Of a stretch of DNA of 63,606 bases, positions 1 to 9,643 are shown piece by piece (positions within the stretch are counted from its first letter, which is position 1; each line of letters begins with the position of its first letter). Made by a program: the position numbers and the translations under genes. Under the pieces are notes generated by a model. That model was not told the origin of the DNA and did not search any database. It was given only the letters and a program-made list of their open reading frames with translations. The DNA is from Chthoniobacteraceae bacterium (GTDB taxonomy: Bacteria; Verrucomicrobiota; Verrucomicrobiia; Chthoniobacterales; Chthoniobacteraceae), in the NCBI GenBank assembly GCA_037190965.1, contig JBBCKI010000047.1:1-63606 (forward strand), read 5' to 3'.

Positions 1-2655
1 TCTGTCGCGGCCTCTCATGAGGAAAAAAGCGAAGCAGAGTCGCTGGCCAGGATGGGAGTCGACCTCGTCTCGGGTGCCATCCTTAGCGCAACAGAAGATC
101 CTGCCCGGGTCTGGTATAGCCAGCCGGGCGCCCTGACAGTATCGAGCACCACGGATCTTCGGAGCAAAACAACCGTTGCCCTTCACTCCGGTGTTCCTGC
201 CAGCTACGACCCGGCCAATACCCCTACCTGGTCAAGTCCAGCGGAACTGAACGTATTGACCTTCCTTTCCCAGCAACCCCTTGTTACCGCAGATCCTGCA
301 ACGGGTAGCGCGATTCCCATGCCACTGCGGTGGGTGTACGTCCGAAAGGATGGTAGCTTTGACTCATCGGATATCCCCAATACCACGAATGCCACCAACC
401 CGCTCATAGGGCGGTTCGCTTTCTGGATGGACGACGAATCGGCCAAGATCAACCTTAATACCGCCTGGAAACGCAATCCGCCTGCGACGGTAATTACCAA
501 CCCTCTTCCTTTGGCTCATCCTTCCCAAGTCAGCCTCAAGGCCCTTTCCGGGTTTACCGAGGCAATGGCCGACCAGCTTCATCAGTTCATTACCCCGTCT
601 CATAACTACACGGACTTGCCTGCCGCGCTTCGTTTTCTCAATTCTCCGGAAGAAATCCGATCCCTCGATCGGATCCATAACACGACAGACTTCAGCTCTG
701 CGTTGATGAAAAGCCGTTTTGAAGTAACCACGCGCAATTCTTCTCCCGAACTTAACGTCTTCAACGAACCGCGGATCGTTCTCACCACGCAGGAAGAGTA
801 TGCCCCGCGTAACGCCGACGGAAGTGTTATGAAGGACAAAGATGGAGTTCCTTACTTTCTCGACATCCTCACAGACAACAAAGCCGAGCCGCGCATTGAC
901 AACGTCGATCAGAATAAGTTGAGCAAGATCATGATGAGACTGATAAAGGATCTGAAGCGGACCGATTGGCCCATGACCTCGGAAGCATCCAGCTTTCATC
1001 AGAAGTATTTTAACAATGATCATGCAACGGCTCAATTTGCCTTGAATATCATTGAATACGTGCGAAGTGCAGAGTCTTCGCAGACCCTCGTCGAACCGAT
1101 TCGCGGCAAGCTGGATGGAACGGGTGCTGCGATGAAATTTATTGGGAATGCCGTCAGTCAGACATCAATCAAAGGGGTTACCCGGAAATTTTTTATAACC
1201 GAAGTTGGTTGCTGGGCGGCGGCCGCCAAGGATACTGAGGGGACATTTAGCGGGCGAACCAAGTTACGATTGATTTTTGAACTCCACCTTCCCAAAAATT
1301 TCGGAGTTCCTGCCATAGACCTCACCAATATTGACGGAAAGCGGATCTATGTCTACCTGTCCGACCTCTTCCTCAATGACCCTAACGTCGTCGTTCGCTT
1401 TATGGATAGCAACGGGGCACTCGTGCCGGCGGGTAACCTCATTCGTTTGGATTCTGCTGAAGTAAGCGGGGGGACTACCCTTGCCGCAGGCGGTTACGCG
1501 AAGTTCGCTTTTACCTTTTATGTGAATGACGTCCCCAATACCTCTTCGATAGGTTATTTTGGGGGGCGAACTGCCCTCGTCCTGGTTGCCGATCCGACGA
1601 TGACGAATAAGTACCTTCAGGATGTCGTCTCGCACCGGATGGAGGTTGCTCCAGTATGGGATAGTGGTTTTACTCTTACTCCGGAAACTACTCGTGAAGA
1701 ACACGAAAAGCAGTTTCCGACCTATCAGATCGGAGACCCAATCCTTAATGGCAATCGCTACAATTGGAAAGATAAGGTTTACCAGCAGTTGGGTAAGCCC
1801 CCTCACGAGAATTTTTACCTGTCTGACCCAACCGGCACGGATCGACAGGATGTTGACGATAATGGTCAGGAGACCAATCTGGGAGTTCGGATGCCGGCTC
1901 CCAAAGGATCCGCTGCCAATCCTGACGGGATCGTTTATTCCGTCGGCGAACTCGGCTTTATCCATACCGGAATTCAGCCCGATGCGGGCGTCCCGGCCTT
2001 GAAGGCGGTTCGTCATCGGACGCTCCATCTTCAGCCCGAAGGAGATCCCAAGAAGGTTCCCGACTGGGCTTTGCTTGACCTGTTCAGGGCACCTCTGAAG
2101 ACCGGCGGCAATGCACAAGGGGTGCTTAGACCGTCCAAGGACGCCATCGCCGGACGAGTCAATATCAACAGCCGGATTGTCCCATTTGGAATGGAAGAGA
2201 GCCAGCGCCCTGCCAAAACCAATGAGTTGGTGCGGAACAATGCCCTTAAGGCTGCCCTGGTGAATGCATCGAAGAATGAAAATGGCGATTCGTTATCCCT
2301 TGAGGATGCCGGAACGATTGCATCAAACATTTACTCCCAGCAACTTGCAGAGGGGGCGGCGGCTTATAGGGCGGCGGGCGTTTCCGGCTACAGTATGCCA
2401 GCGGAGATCGCGCAGATAAAAGGCGTCGCTGACGGAGGGGAATCCAGTGAATTCCTCATTCGCTCCATTATTGATCAACTGAGTGCCCGAGGGAATGTTT
2501 TTACGATCTATAGCGTTGGCCAGGTTCTGAAGCAGACGCCGCGTGGGAGTATTGTTGTCACCTCAGAGCAGCGTTTGAAGAGCAGCGTTGAACGCTACGT
2601 TGATGGGAGTCAAACCAAACTTCGCCAAGTAAGCCTGGAGTCTCTGGTTCCCTAA
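1..2655 (+). CDS. Verru_Chthon cassette protein A-like large pseudopilin (GspK/PilX-like), 5'-truncated by the window edge
   Basis: The frame is open from base 1 (SVAASHEEKSEAESLAR then M at 52), so the true start lies upstream. It shares blocks with the A protein at 46944-50927: SQPG, MPLRWVYV, NPLIGRFAFWMDDESAKINLNTA, SPELNVFNEPRI, PDWALLDLF, AGRVNIN, GNVFTIY, VERY. Confidence 0.85.
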   Translation, partial: SVAASHEEKSEAESLARMGVDLVSGAILSATEDPARVWYSQPGALTVSSTTDLRSKTTVALHSGVPASYDPANTPTWSSPAELNVLTFLSQQPLVTADPATGSAIPMPLRWVYVRKDGSFDSSDIPNTTNATNPLIGRFAFWMDDESAKINLNTAWKRNPPATVITNPLPLAHPSQVSLKALSGFTEAMADQLHQFITPSHNYTDLPAALRFLNSPEEIRSLDRIHNTTDFSSALMKSRFEVTTRNSSPELNVFNEPRIVLTTQEEYAPRNADGSVMKDKDGVPYFLDILTDNKAEPRIDNVDQNKLSKIMMRLIKDLKRTDWPMTSEASSFHQKYFNNDHATAQFALNIIEYVRSAESSQTLVEPIRGKLDGTGAAMKFIGNAVSQTSIKGVTRKFFITEVGCWAAAAKDTEGTFSGRTKLRLIFELHLPKNFGVPAIDLTNIDGKRIYVYLSDLFLNDPNVVVRFMDSNGALVPAGNLIRLDSAEVSGGTTLAAGGYAKFAFTFYVNDVPNTSSIGYFGGRTALVLVADPTMTNKYLQDVVSHRMEVAPVWDSGFTLTPETTREEHEKQFPTYQIGDPILNGNRYNWKDKVYQQLGKPPHENFYLSDPTGTDRQDVDDNGQETNLGVRMPAPKGSAANPDGIVYSVGELGFIHTGIQPDAGVPALKAVRHRTLHLQPEGDPKKVPDWALLDLFRAPLKTGGNAQGVLRPSKDAIAGRVNINSRIVPFGMEESQRPAKTNELVRNNALKAALVNASKNENGDSLSLEDAGTIASNIYSQQLAEGAAAYRAAGVSGYSMPAEIAQIKGVADGGESSEFLIRSIIDQLSARGNVFTIYSVGQVLKQTPRGSIVVTSEQRLKSSVERYVDGSQTKLRQVSLESLVP

Positions 2656-2831
2656 TGCCTATTTGGAAAGAGTTTGTGACGCTATCAATCACTGGCGGAG
2701 AAAGTCGCCGCAACAGTTGCAGAAATGCCGTGCTCCCTTGCTGAGTCTCCCTGCCACCGACAAAATCCTCGCTTCAGAGAAACGCCGCTCTCGGCTGAAT
2801 AAGCAGGCCCCACTACTTGAAGTCACCAATT

Positions 2832-5297
2832 ATGATGGAAATGAAACATACCACCTCAAGATTCACTTCGCTATCCTTTGCTAAACCTTGGCGGAGCCTA
2901 ACGGCAACGTTCATCATCTCTCTGGCGGCGTGGGCTTCGCCGCTGCAAGCCGCAAGTCTCGATACACTAAACGTTGGCATTCTGGCAGGAAGTGCGACAC
3001 AGAAGGAGTTTGATGGCGCTTTCCAAGAATTGAGTTCGAAGCCGGTTATTTACAGCGATGACGCGGAGGGCTGGGAAGCCCTTTTGAAGGATCTCGATAA
3101 GCATGACGTGCTCCTTGGCTCACCCGGATTGACGAATCATCTGCCAAAGGCTGACGGTTCCTCGGAGGCTATTCAAAAGGCAGAGGCTCTCCGCGCTTTC
3201 ATGGAAAGGGGCGGGGCCATCGTCCTGACGGAGGCCGTCCATCCGGCACAGCTTCAGTGGCTTTCGTTATTAAACCCCGCGTTTGAAGTGACGCCGTCTG
3301 TACTTAAAAATGTGCCTGATAAGGCGGCCGTCGAGGAGACGGCCAATCCACCTCACCCTTTTAGGATCCTGCCCGGTAAACTTGGCGATACCGGCAAGCC
3401 AACGATATGCTTTGGCCTAAAGAGCGCAAAAGAGTGGGAGCAAATCGCCCGTTTCGCAGGACAACCGTGCATTATGGTCAAACGATTCGGAAAGGGTTTT
3501 GTTGTTCTATCCACCCTCCGCCACCCCAATGCGGAACTCGTCAAGAATACGGCAACGATGCTACAATTGCAGAGAATGGGGGTATCATTCCGGTCGGTGG
3601 AACTCGACTTTGATGGAGCCAAAAACTTCTTCAACCCCAAGACGATTGCGCCGGGCCGGGGGAAGGTATTTGTTAATTTGAGAAACACATCCACGGAACC
3701 TATCTCCGTCACCGGCGTTCTCCGGATGTCCAACGGGAAGGAAAGCAGGACTGTTACTCGAACAAACACCAATGCCGCTCCCGACAAGGCCCTCAAGATG
3801 GATATCCCCGTGATGGCCGACCTCAGGGGAGATGTCACGCTGGAGGTTGCTCTTATTGACCCTGCCGACAAGTCGGAGATTCCCCTGTTCAGCGATAAAG
3901 CGGAACTCCCTCAATATTCGACCGTGGTGCCTCCTGCCTACCGGGGCATGATCTCGACCGCACGGCGGGATAGGAACATCCACTTCAAGATGCGTTTCTC
4001 CCCCGTTGCGGAGAATGTCACAGGATTGCCGCTGACCTTGACGATTACAGGGCCAGACGGGCGACAGGTGTCCAGAAAGCAGATGTCGGTGCCGTCTGAG
4101 GAGTTTGCAGTCGTCATGGACCTTCCGGAGAATGCGCCAAAGGGCGAATACAAGATCACCGGCGTGACCAAACGCCCCGGAAACATCGAAGAAAAGGCTG
4201 AGGGAACCTTCAAGATTGTCCCTGTCCGCAAAGGGCAGGTCTTTGTCGATCAGGACGGCGTGCTCTTGAAAGACGGTAAGCCATTCTTCCCAATCGGCAT
4301 CTATCACGTCGCAAGTGACCAAATTGATGAAGCCGCCGCGATCGGCTTCAATATGTTCCAGTTATGGGCATGGGATGCTACACCGGAGAATATGAATCGT
4401 TTGGGAGAGAAAGGGATCTCTGTGTTGTGGGAGGGGCAAGCGTGGGGCAGGGCCGTAACGCTCGCGCCCTCAGCGTTGAAAGACAATCAACCTTTTCAGA
4501 AGGAACTGGCTATCCAGCGGGAAATCGCGGCCAATTTCAAGACGCATCCCGCGCTGGATATGTGGTATGTCGCCGACGAACCCTCGCCCACGGCCCTCCC
4601 GGCGTTGAGGATGATCAATAAGACGTGGCACGAGGTCGATGAAGACCATCCTACCTACCTCGTCGCAACAGGCAACTACGGTTACCTTCAGGAGGCATGC
4701 GATGTCCTCGGCATCGACGTCTACCTGGTTTACCGGGGGGACCGGAAGCCCCTTTCAACCATTGCTGATGCAACCGATGATGCATTGCGAGGGGTCGATT
4801 ATCGGAAGCCGGTCATCGCCATCCCTCAGGCATTTGGCAATAACGAGCGCCATCATGAAAAGCCTGAAGACGTCCGCGCAATCTCTTATCTGCATCTGAC
4901 GCATGGCGTAAAAGGGGTTATTTGGTATTGCTGGAAGGAAACCGGGGATAAAACCGGGAATGAAGGCATGGGTTTCCATCCTGAAACCCAGAAGGTCGTC
5001 AAAGAGCTGGTCAGCGAGATCAAAACCTTCGCTCCTGCATTGCTGGAGCCAGGGGTTCGACAGCTCAAGTCGAGCGATGGAAAGGTCCACGCGCTAATCG
5101 CTGGCAGCGATTCCACCGGCAGATACCTCCTGTTCGTCAACAGTGAGGAAACCGCCTCTGATGCAGTGCTTCAGGTTCCGGAACTTTCAGGCAAGAGGCT
5201 CAAAGAACTTTTCGGCACTCCTGCCGCGGAGGTAAGGAACGGCAACCTTCAAATGAAGGTTGCTCCTCTGGCGACGGGGGTCTTCCAAATCAGATAA
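2832..5297 (+). CDS. Secreted multidomain protein with C-terminal glycoside-hydrolase-like TIM barrel
   Basis: Signal-peptide-like N-terminus (..LAAWASPLQA|AS) and beta-rich middle domains. The C-terminal part carries DGVLLKDGKPFFPIGIY, GFN, WYVADEP, DVLGIDVY and HGVKGVIWY, typical of GH-like (beta/alpha)8 barrels. Start is ATG 2832, 2835 or 2841. Confidence 0.65.
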   Translation: MMEMKHTTSRFTSLSFAKPWRSLTATFIISLAAWASPLQAASLDTLNVGILAGSATQKEFDGAFQELSSKPVIYSDDAEGWEALLKDLDKHDVLLGSPGLTNHLPKADGSSEAIQKAEALRAFMERGGAIVLTEAVHPAQLQWLSLLNPAFEVTPSVLKNVPDKAAVEETANPPHPFRILPGKLGDTGKPTICFGLKSAKEWEQIARFAGQPCIMVKRFGKGFVVLSTLRHPNAELVKNTATMLQLQRMGVSFRSVELDFDGAKNFFNPKTIAPGRGKVFVNLRNTSTEPISVTGVLRMSNGKESRTVTRTNTNAAPDKALKMDIPVMADLRGDVTLEVALIDPADKSEIPLFSDKAELPQYSTVVPPAYRGMISTARRDRNIHFKMRFSPVAENVTGLPLTLTITGPDGRQVSRKQMSVPSEEFAVVMDLPENAPKGEYKITGVTKRPGNIEEKAEGTFKIVPVRKGQVFVDQDGVLLKDGKPFFPIGIYHVASDQIDEAAAIGFNMFQLWAWDATPENMNRLGEKGISVLWEGQAWGRAVTLAPSALKDNQPFQKELAIQREIAANFKTHPALDMWYVADEPSPTALPALRMINKTWHEVDEDHPTYLVATGNYGYLQEACDVLGIDVYLVYRGDRKPLSTIADATDDALRGVDYRKPVIAIPQAFGNNERHHEKPEDVRAISYLHLTHGVKGVIWYCWKETGDKTGNEGMGFHPETQKVVKELVSEIKTFAPALLEPGVRQLKSSDGKVHALIAGSDSTGRYLLFVNSEETASDAVLQVPELSGKRLKELFGTPAAEVRNGNLQMKVAPLATGVFQIR

Positions 5298-5514
5298 CTG
5301 GTGGCTAATGGGTGTTGAGCCTCTTCCAATGTCCGCCGATCGCGCAACGACAATGGGTCCAGCGGGATCGGCGGTATATGGATGAACGGGTTCAGGGGCG
5401 TCTCTGCATAGCGGGGCTAGAGATTCAGAGATCGCCTCGCCGCTATTCAGACACCTATGCCCATCCTTTTACTCAACTGCCATTTCCGCCCCTTAGTAAG
5501 TCTTGAACAAATTC

Positions 5515-7398
5515 ATGAAACCAAAAGAGTTCGCATATCTGATCTCCGCTGAATCGATAGTGTTGCTTCCTGGCTTGGAGGTATTGTCCGGCGATCTCCC
5601 CATTGTGCTTGATGGTAATGGTATTCCCATTGAGTTCACCCCTTCCCGCGAAAGGAACGGCTTTCAGGTGGTCCATCAAGGTACACTGGTCAAGATCGCC
5701 TATAGGAGGCCCTGTGATGCTTATCGAGCCCTGGCAAGTCTTTTGGCCGACTTGTGTCCCGTGGGTGGGGAATACGAGCGGGACTGTGCATTCGACTCGC
5801 TGGGAGTTATGGTCGATGTATCACGCAATGCGGTTTTGAAGGTCGATGCGCTCGAAACGGTGCTGCGGCGCTTGGCATTGATGGGGATCAACAGCGTCCA
5901 ACTTTATACCGAGGATGTCTATACCATTCCTGGCGAACCTTTCTTTGGATACGGGCGGGGAGCCTATACTCCGGAGGAACTCCGTGCGATTGACGGGTAT
6001 GGACGCCGCTTGGGAATCGAACTAGTGCCCTGCATTCAAACGCTTGGACACCTCGAGCAGATCCTCCAGTGGCCTGCTTATAGGGACTTGGCGGATACGG
6101 GCTGCGTTCTGTTGGCGGAACATGAGCCGACCTATGCCTTGTTGGAGAAAAAACTTGATCAGGTCTCTTCCTGCTTCTCTAGCCGAAGGATTCACATTGG
6201 GATGGATGAAGCGCACGGTGTAGGGTTGGGGCGATATCGGCAGATTCATGGGGAAAAGAGGGCCTTTGATATTCTGAGCGACCATTTGAAGCGCGTGACG
6301 AGCCTGTGCGCGGAGCGGGGACTGAAGCCAATGATGTGGAGCGATATGTTCTTTCGCCTAGGCTCCGTGAATAACGACTATTACGATGTAAAATCCGAGG
6401 TGCCTGCTGAAGTGATTGAGCATATTCCACGGGAGACGGCTATGGTGTATTGGGACTACTACCACGAGGAACCGTCGTTTTATGAAGAATGGATTGCGCG
6501 GCATCGCCGAATGGGCAAAGAGCCGATATTGGCCACCGGAGCCTGGACGTGGGGGCGCTTCTGGACCTGCATGGACCGGGTGATTCGAACAAACTCCGCT
6601 GGAATGGCAGCCGCCCGGAAGCAGGGGCTGCGTGATGTCTTCATTACCGCCTGGGGAGACGATGGCGCCGAGTGTCATCCCGCCTCCATGTTCGCCAGCA
6701 TCCAGTATTTTGCCGAATTTGCCTATAACGAAACGGCAGATCCGGACACGCTTGAAAAGCTATTCGCGGTTGGGTCTGGCGGCATATATTCAGGCTACGT
6801 AGAAGCGTCTGGAGTGGATACGATACCACGTATCAAGGGGTGCCCGTTGCCGGAGGCGAATTTCGGAAAATGGATTCTTTGGCACGATCCGATTCTGGGC
6901 TTCCTGGCGCCCCAAATTCCGGAGGAACTGCCGCTGCATTACGGAACGCACTCGTCGAAACTGGCTTCGCTGGCGCAGCACGACCGTTCTGGAGCCCTCG
7001 ATTTCCCGGCGTTGCTCTCGCGCGTGCTGGCAGGTAAGGCACAGTTACATCTCGAAGTTCGCGCCCATTATCAAAGTGGCGATACGGCCGCTATGCGTCT
7101 GTTGCTTGACGAAGCGCTTGAGCCGACTCTTGAGGCGATGACTGCGCTGTGGGATCTCCACCAGGAGGTCTGGAGCCAGTGGTATAAGCCGTTTGGGTGG
7201 GAGGTGATTGAAAGCCGTTACGCTACAGTATGCGCACGGCTTCGGCGCCTTGGCAAGATGATGAGCGATTACCTGAAAGATCCGACCATTCGCTATGAAG
7301 AGTTCGAGTATGAACTGCAGCGCGTCTATCCCGAAGAGAGTTACCCTCAGATGTATTTTACTCATAAGAGAACAGTAACGGCGAGCGCGAGTTTTTGA
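5515..7398 (+). CDS. GH20 beta-N-acetylhexosaminidase (GcnA/HEXDC-like), no signal peptide
   Basis: GVMVDVSRNAV, LYTED, PCIQTLGHLE, the catalytic HIGMDEA motif, MWSDM, VYWDYY and TAWGDDGAE. Confidence 0.9.
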   Translation: MKPKEFAYLISAESIVLLPGLEVLSGDLPIVLDGNGIPIEFTPSRERNGFQVVHQGTLVKIAYRRPCDAYRALASLLADLCPVGGEYERDCAFDSLGVMVDVSRNAVLKVDALETVLRRLALMGINSVQLYTEDVYTIPGEPFFGYGRGAYTPEELRAIDGYGRRLGIELVPCIQTLGHLEQILQWPAYRDLADTGCVLLAEHEPTYALLEKKLDQVSSCFSSRRIHIGMDEAHGVGLGRYRQIHGEKRAFDILSDHLKRVTSLCAERGLKPMMWSDMFFRLGSVNNDYYDVKSEVPAEVIEHIPRETAMVYWDYYHEEPSFYEEWIARHRRMGKEPILATGAWTWGRFWTCMDRVIRTNSAGMAAARKQGLRDVFITAWGDDGAECHPASMFASIQYFAEFAYNETADPDTLEKLFAVGSGGIYSGYVEASGVDTIPRIKGCPLPEANFGKWILWHDPILGFLAPQIPEELPLHYGTHSSKLASLAQHDRSGALDFPALLSRVLAGKAQLHLEVRAHYQSGDTAAMRLLLDEALEPTLEAMTALWDLHQEVWSQWYKPFGWEVIESRYATVCARLRRLGKMMSDYLKDPTIRYEEFEYELQRVYPEESYPQMYFTHKRTVTASASF

Positions 7399-7879
7399 CG
7401 CTTGAAGAAGGCGCCTTGGTGCGCCGCCCGGCAATGCCATGATTCAGCGATGAAATTCCAATCATGGTCTCCATTGATCAACATCGTAGAATACTCATCC
7501 CAGTTTTGAGGAGAACCAAACGCTGTGATTTACAGCCTCTTAATGGGATCGCAGTAATAATGCGCCAACGGAGGCTAGATTGATTCAAAGAGAGTCGGGC
7601 TGTAGCAGGTTGTCCCTGGTGCAAACATCCGGGGTTAAAGAAGAGGAAACGTCAACAAGCCAACAAAAAGAAGAACAATGTAATATCACCCGGCCTTCTC
7701 ACTTGACCACACTCATAGCAGCCCCACAATGACAGTGGGAAACCGCCTTTCGCCCAACCAAAAGCTGAACTGCTCCGGGCAACTCAGAAGAATCCAGACC
7801 GCAGGGTCGTACTTTTTCTTCAATTCCTCCTCAACCGGCCTGATTCCCTTTACTTCCCGACGAGGCTGATCCCGTGCGT

Positions 7880-8285
7880 AGCCAGTGCGCCTTTCGGGAG
7901 GAGATCGACGTGGAGGGTAATGAAACGGTGCTGATGGAGCTTGAGGATAACACGCTTTATCAGTTACGGCCAGTGTCAGTACACGCCGGATTACCACCGC
8001 AGCTTTACCTTTATTGGGACCAAGGGCCGCATGGAGTGCTTCGAACCGCAAACCCAGCGGAGCGGCTAGCAGAAGGATTTCCGGATCGAAGTTCTTTTCC
8101 GCCAAAAGAACAACAGGCGAACGGAGCGCTTTGACTTGAGCACCTTCGGGCATGGCGGTGCGGACTCGGCCATGATCGATGCTTGGCTGGATGACCTCGT
8201 TCAGAACCGGTACGATGAATCGAACCCCATCGCAGGGAGGCAGAGCGCGGCCGTAGGGTGCCTTGCGACGGAGAGCCTCAGGGAA
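7880..8285 (+). pseudogene. C-terminal fragment of a Gfo/Idh/MocA-type oxidoreductase
   Basis: Stitched translation: CAFREEIDVEGNETVLMELED [frameshift ~7953-7956] ISYGQCQYTPDYHRSFTFIGTKGRME..[TAG 8067-8069]..FGHGGADSAMI..GRQSAAVGCLATESLRE. There is no N-terminal Rossmann domain. Confidence 0.7.
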
Positions 8286-8319
8286 GCAACGATTGGAGGG
8301 GCGTTCCGCCGCTTCCCTA

Positions 8320-8523
8320 TTCATCGGCATAACTGGGCGCATTGCAGGGGGGAGCACATTCACCACACCCGGCGTTAATCTTCCCCGTGACGGCGTTAAT
8401 CTCGGGGCTTCGGTCAACGTGATCGGCTCGCAGCGCGTGGAGGTAGGGCTTCGGTATGACGCCGAAATCGCCCCGGATCACATTCGCCATTCGGCAGTTG
8501 CCGAAGCGCGCTTCAAATTCTAA
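8320..8523 (+). pseudogene. C-terminal fragment of an autotransporter-type outer-membrane beta-barrel
   Basis: FTTPGVNLPRDGVNLGASVNV..VGLRYDAEI..HSAVAEARFKF-stop shows amphipathic strands and a terminal Phe (BAM signal). There is no start or upstream barrel; it abuts the oxidoreductase remnant. Confidence 0.65.
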
Positions 8524-8590
8524 CGAACCAGGACGCTTTCATCAGCGCTCTCGTTTATGGGACCCTTCAAGATGCGAACTAAATACTGAT

Positions 8591-9643
8591 TTACGGGAAA
8601 GCCGGATCTTTCACCGGTGATTGCTCACGCACAGTTGGCCCCGCATACCAGATTCCCTCCGCCAGGATGCTCAACGGCTTGTCGGGCAGGCCCGTTTCAT
8701 TCCGGTGAATCATCCCCACCACGGTTTCCACGGAGATTCGCCCGATCCTGAGATGGTCTTCATCGATGCCGGTGATGCCTTTGTCGTTGAAGAGAATGTT
8801 CGGCACCGCGAGGCCGATGTCTGCCGGTACGGAGAGTCCCTCGGCCTCCAACCATTCGAGCACGGTTCTGGAACAGGTGGTCGCGACGATCAGCGCTTCC
8901 GGACGCTCCTGGCGCAACCATTGGAGGAAACCTTCGCGGTTGAAATCGCGGAGCAGCAGGGGCGCGCAACGTTCGTGTTCCTCCAGAAGCTCCAACTGGG
9001 CAACATGAAACGCCCCTAGATAATTGTGATCCACCCGCACGTCATTGTCGGCGGGCATGGCGAGCCCGATGCGCCGGTAGCCGAGGGCATGGAGGTGATG
9101 CACCGTCTGTTTCATGTTGCGATATTGATGGTTCATCACCACGTGCAGCCGTGGCTTGACCAATGAATAGCCCAGGGCGACCGCCGAAAAGTTCTCCCAC
9201 TCCAGCGTGATCTCGCCCTGCGCCGTTGGCAGCGGCCCGACAATCAACCCCTGAACGCCACGGTTCTTCAGGATCGCGGAGGCTCTTCCCGGGCTCAAGC
9301 CGGGTTCATTGATCCAGAAGTCCTCCAGGTGATAGCCGAGTTCCTCAGCCCTTACTTGCGCTCCCTGGAAGTAGCCGTCGCAATGAGGGTCGGTCTGGTG
9401 TCGTGAGAAAAAGGAAAGCCATGCCAGAACTCCCTGGAACCGGTGCGCCGCGTTATCCACCCGGTAGGCATTGAGCGCGGCAAGGGCGGGGTCGGGCCTG
9501 TAGCCGTGCTCGCGCGCGAGGGCGACGATACGGTCACGGGTTTCCGCAGGGATCGAGGAATGCCCGCGCAAGGCGAGCGAGACGGTCATGGGCGAGACAC
9601 CCGCAAGACGGGCGATATCGCGTTGGGAGAGGCGCTCTTTCAC
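8591..9643 (-). CDS. LacI-family transcriptional regulator
   Basis: N-terminal HTH (SQRDIARLAGVSPMTVSLALR..YRPD) and sugar-binding domain (LGYRRIGL, GLSVPADIG). The GTG start overlaps the upstream paralog's stop. Confidence 0.92.
   Translation of the reverse strand: MKERLSQRDIARLAGVSPMTVSLALRGHSSIPAETRDRIVALAREHGYRPDPALAALNAYRVDNAAHRFQGVLAWLSFFSRHQTDPHCDGYFQGAQVRAEELGYHLEDFWINEPGLSPGRASAILKNRGVQGLIVGPLPTAQGEITLEWENFSAVALGYSLVKPRLHVVMNHQYRNMKQTVHHLHALGYRRIGLAMPADNDVRVDHNYLGAFHVAQLELLEEHERCAPLLLRDFNREGFLQWLRQERPEALIVATTCSRTVLEWLEAEGLSVPADIGLAVPNILFNDKGITGIDEDHLRIGRISVETVVGMIHRNETGLPDKPLSILAEGIWYAGPTVREQSPVKDPAFP

Noticed and set aside
2663..2884. 73-aa ORF, and the similar 64-aa ORF at 5312-5506
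   Set aside because: Non-ATG starts, no recognisable motifs, and they overlap the next gene's start; treated as intergenic DNA.
7713..8417. 234-aa minus-strand ORF as an intact gene
   Set aside because: Mostly antisense to the plus-strand pseudogene fragments; only its last ~50 codons look protein-like.
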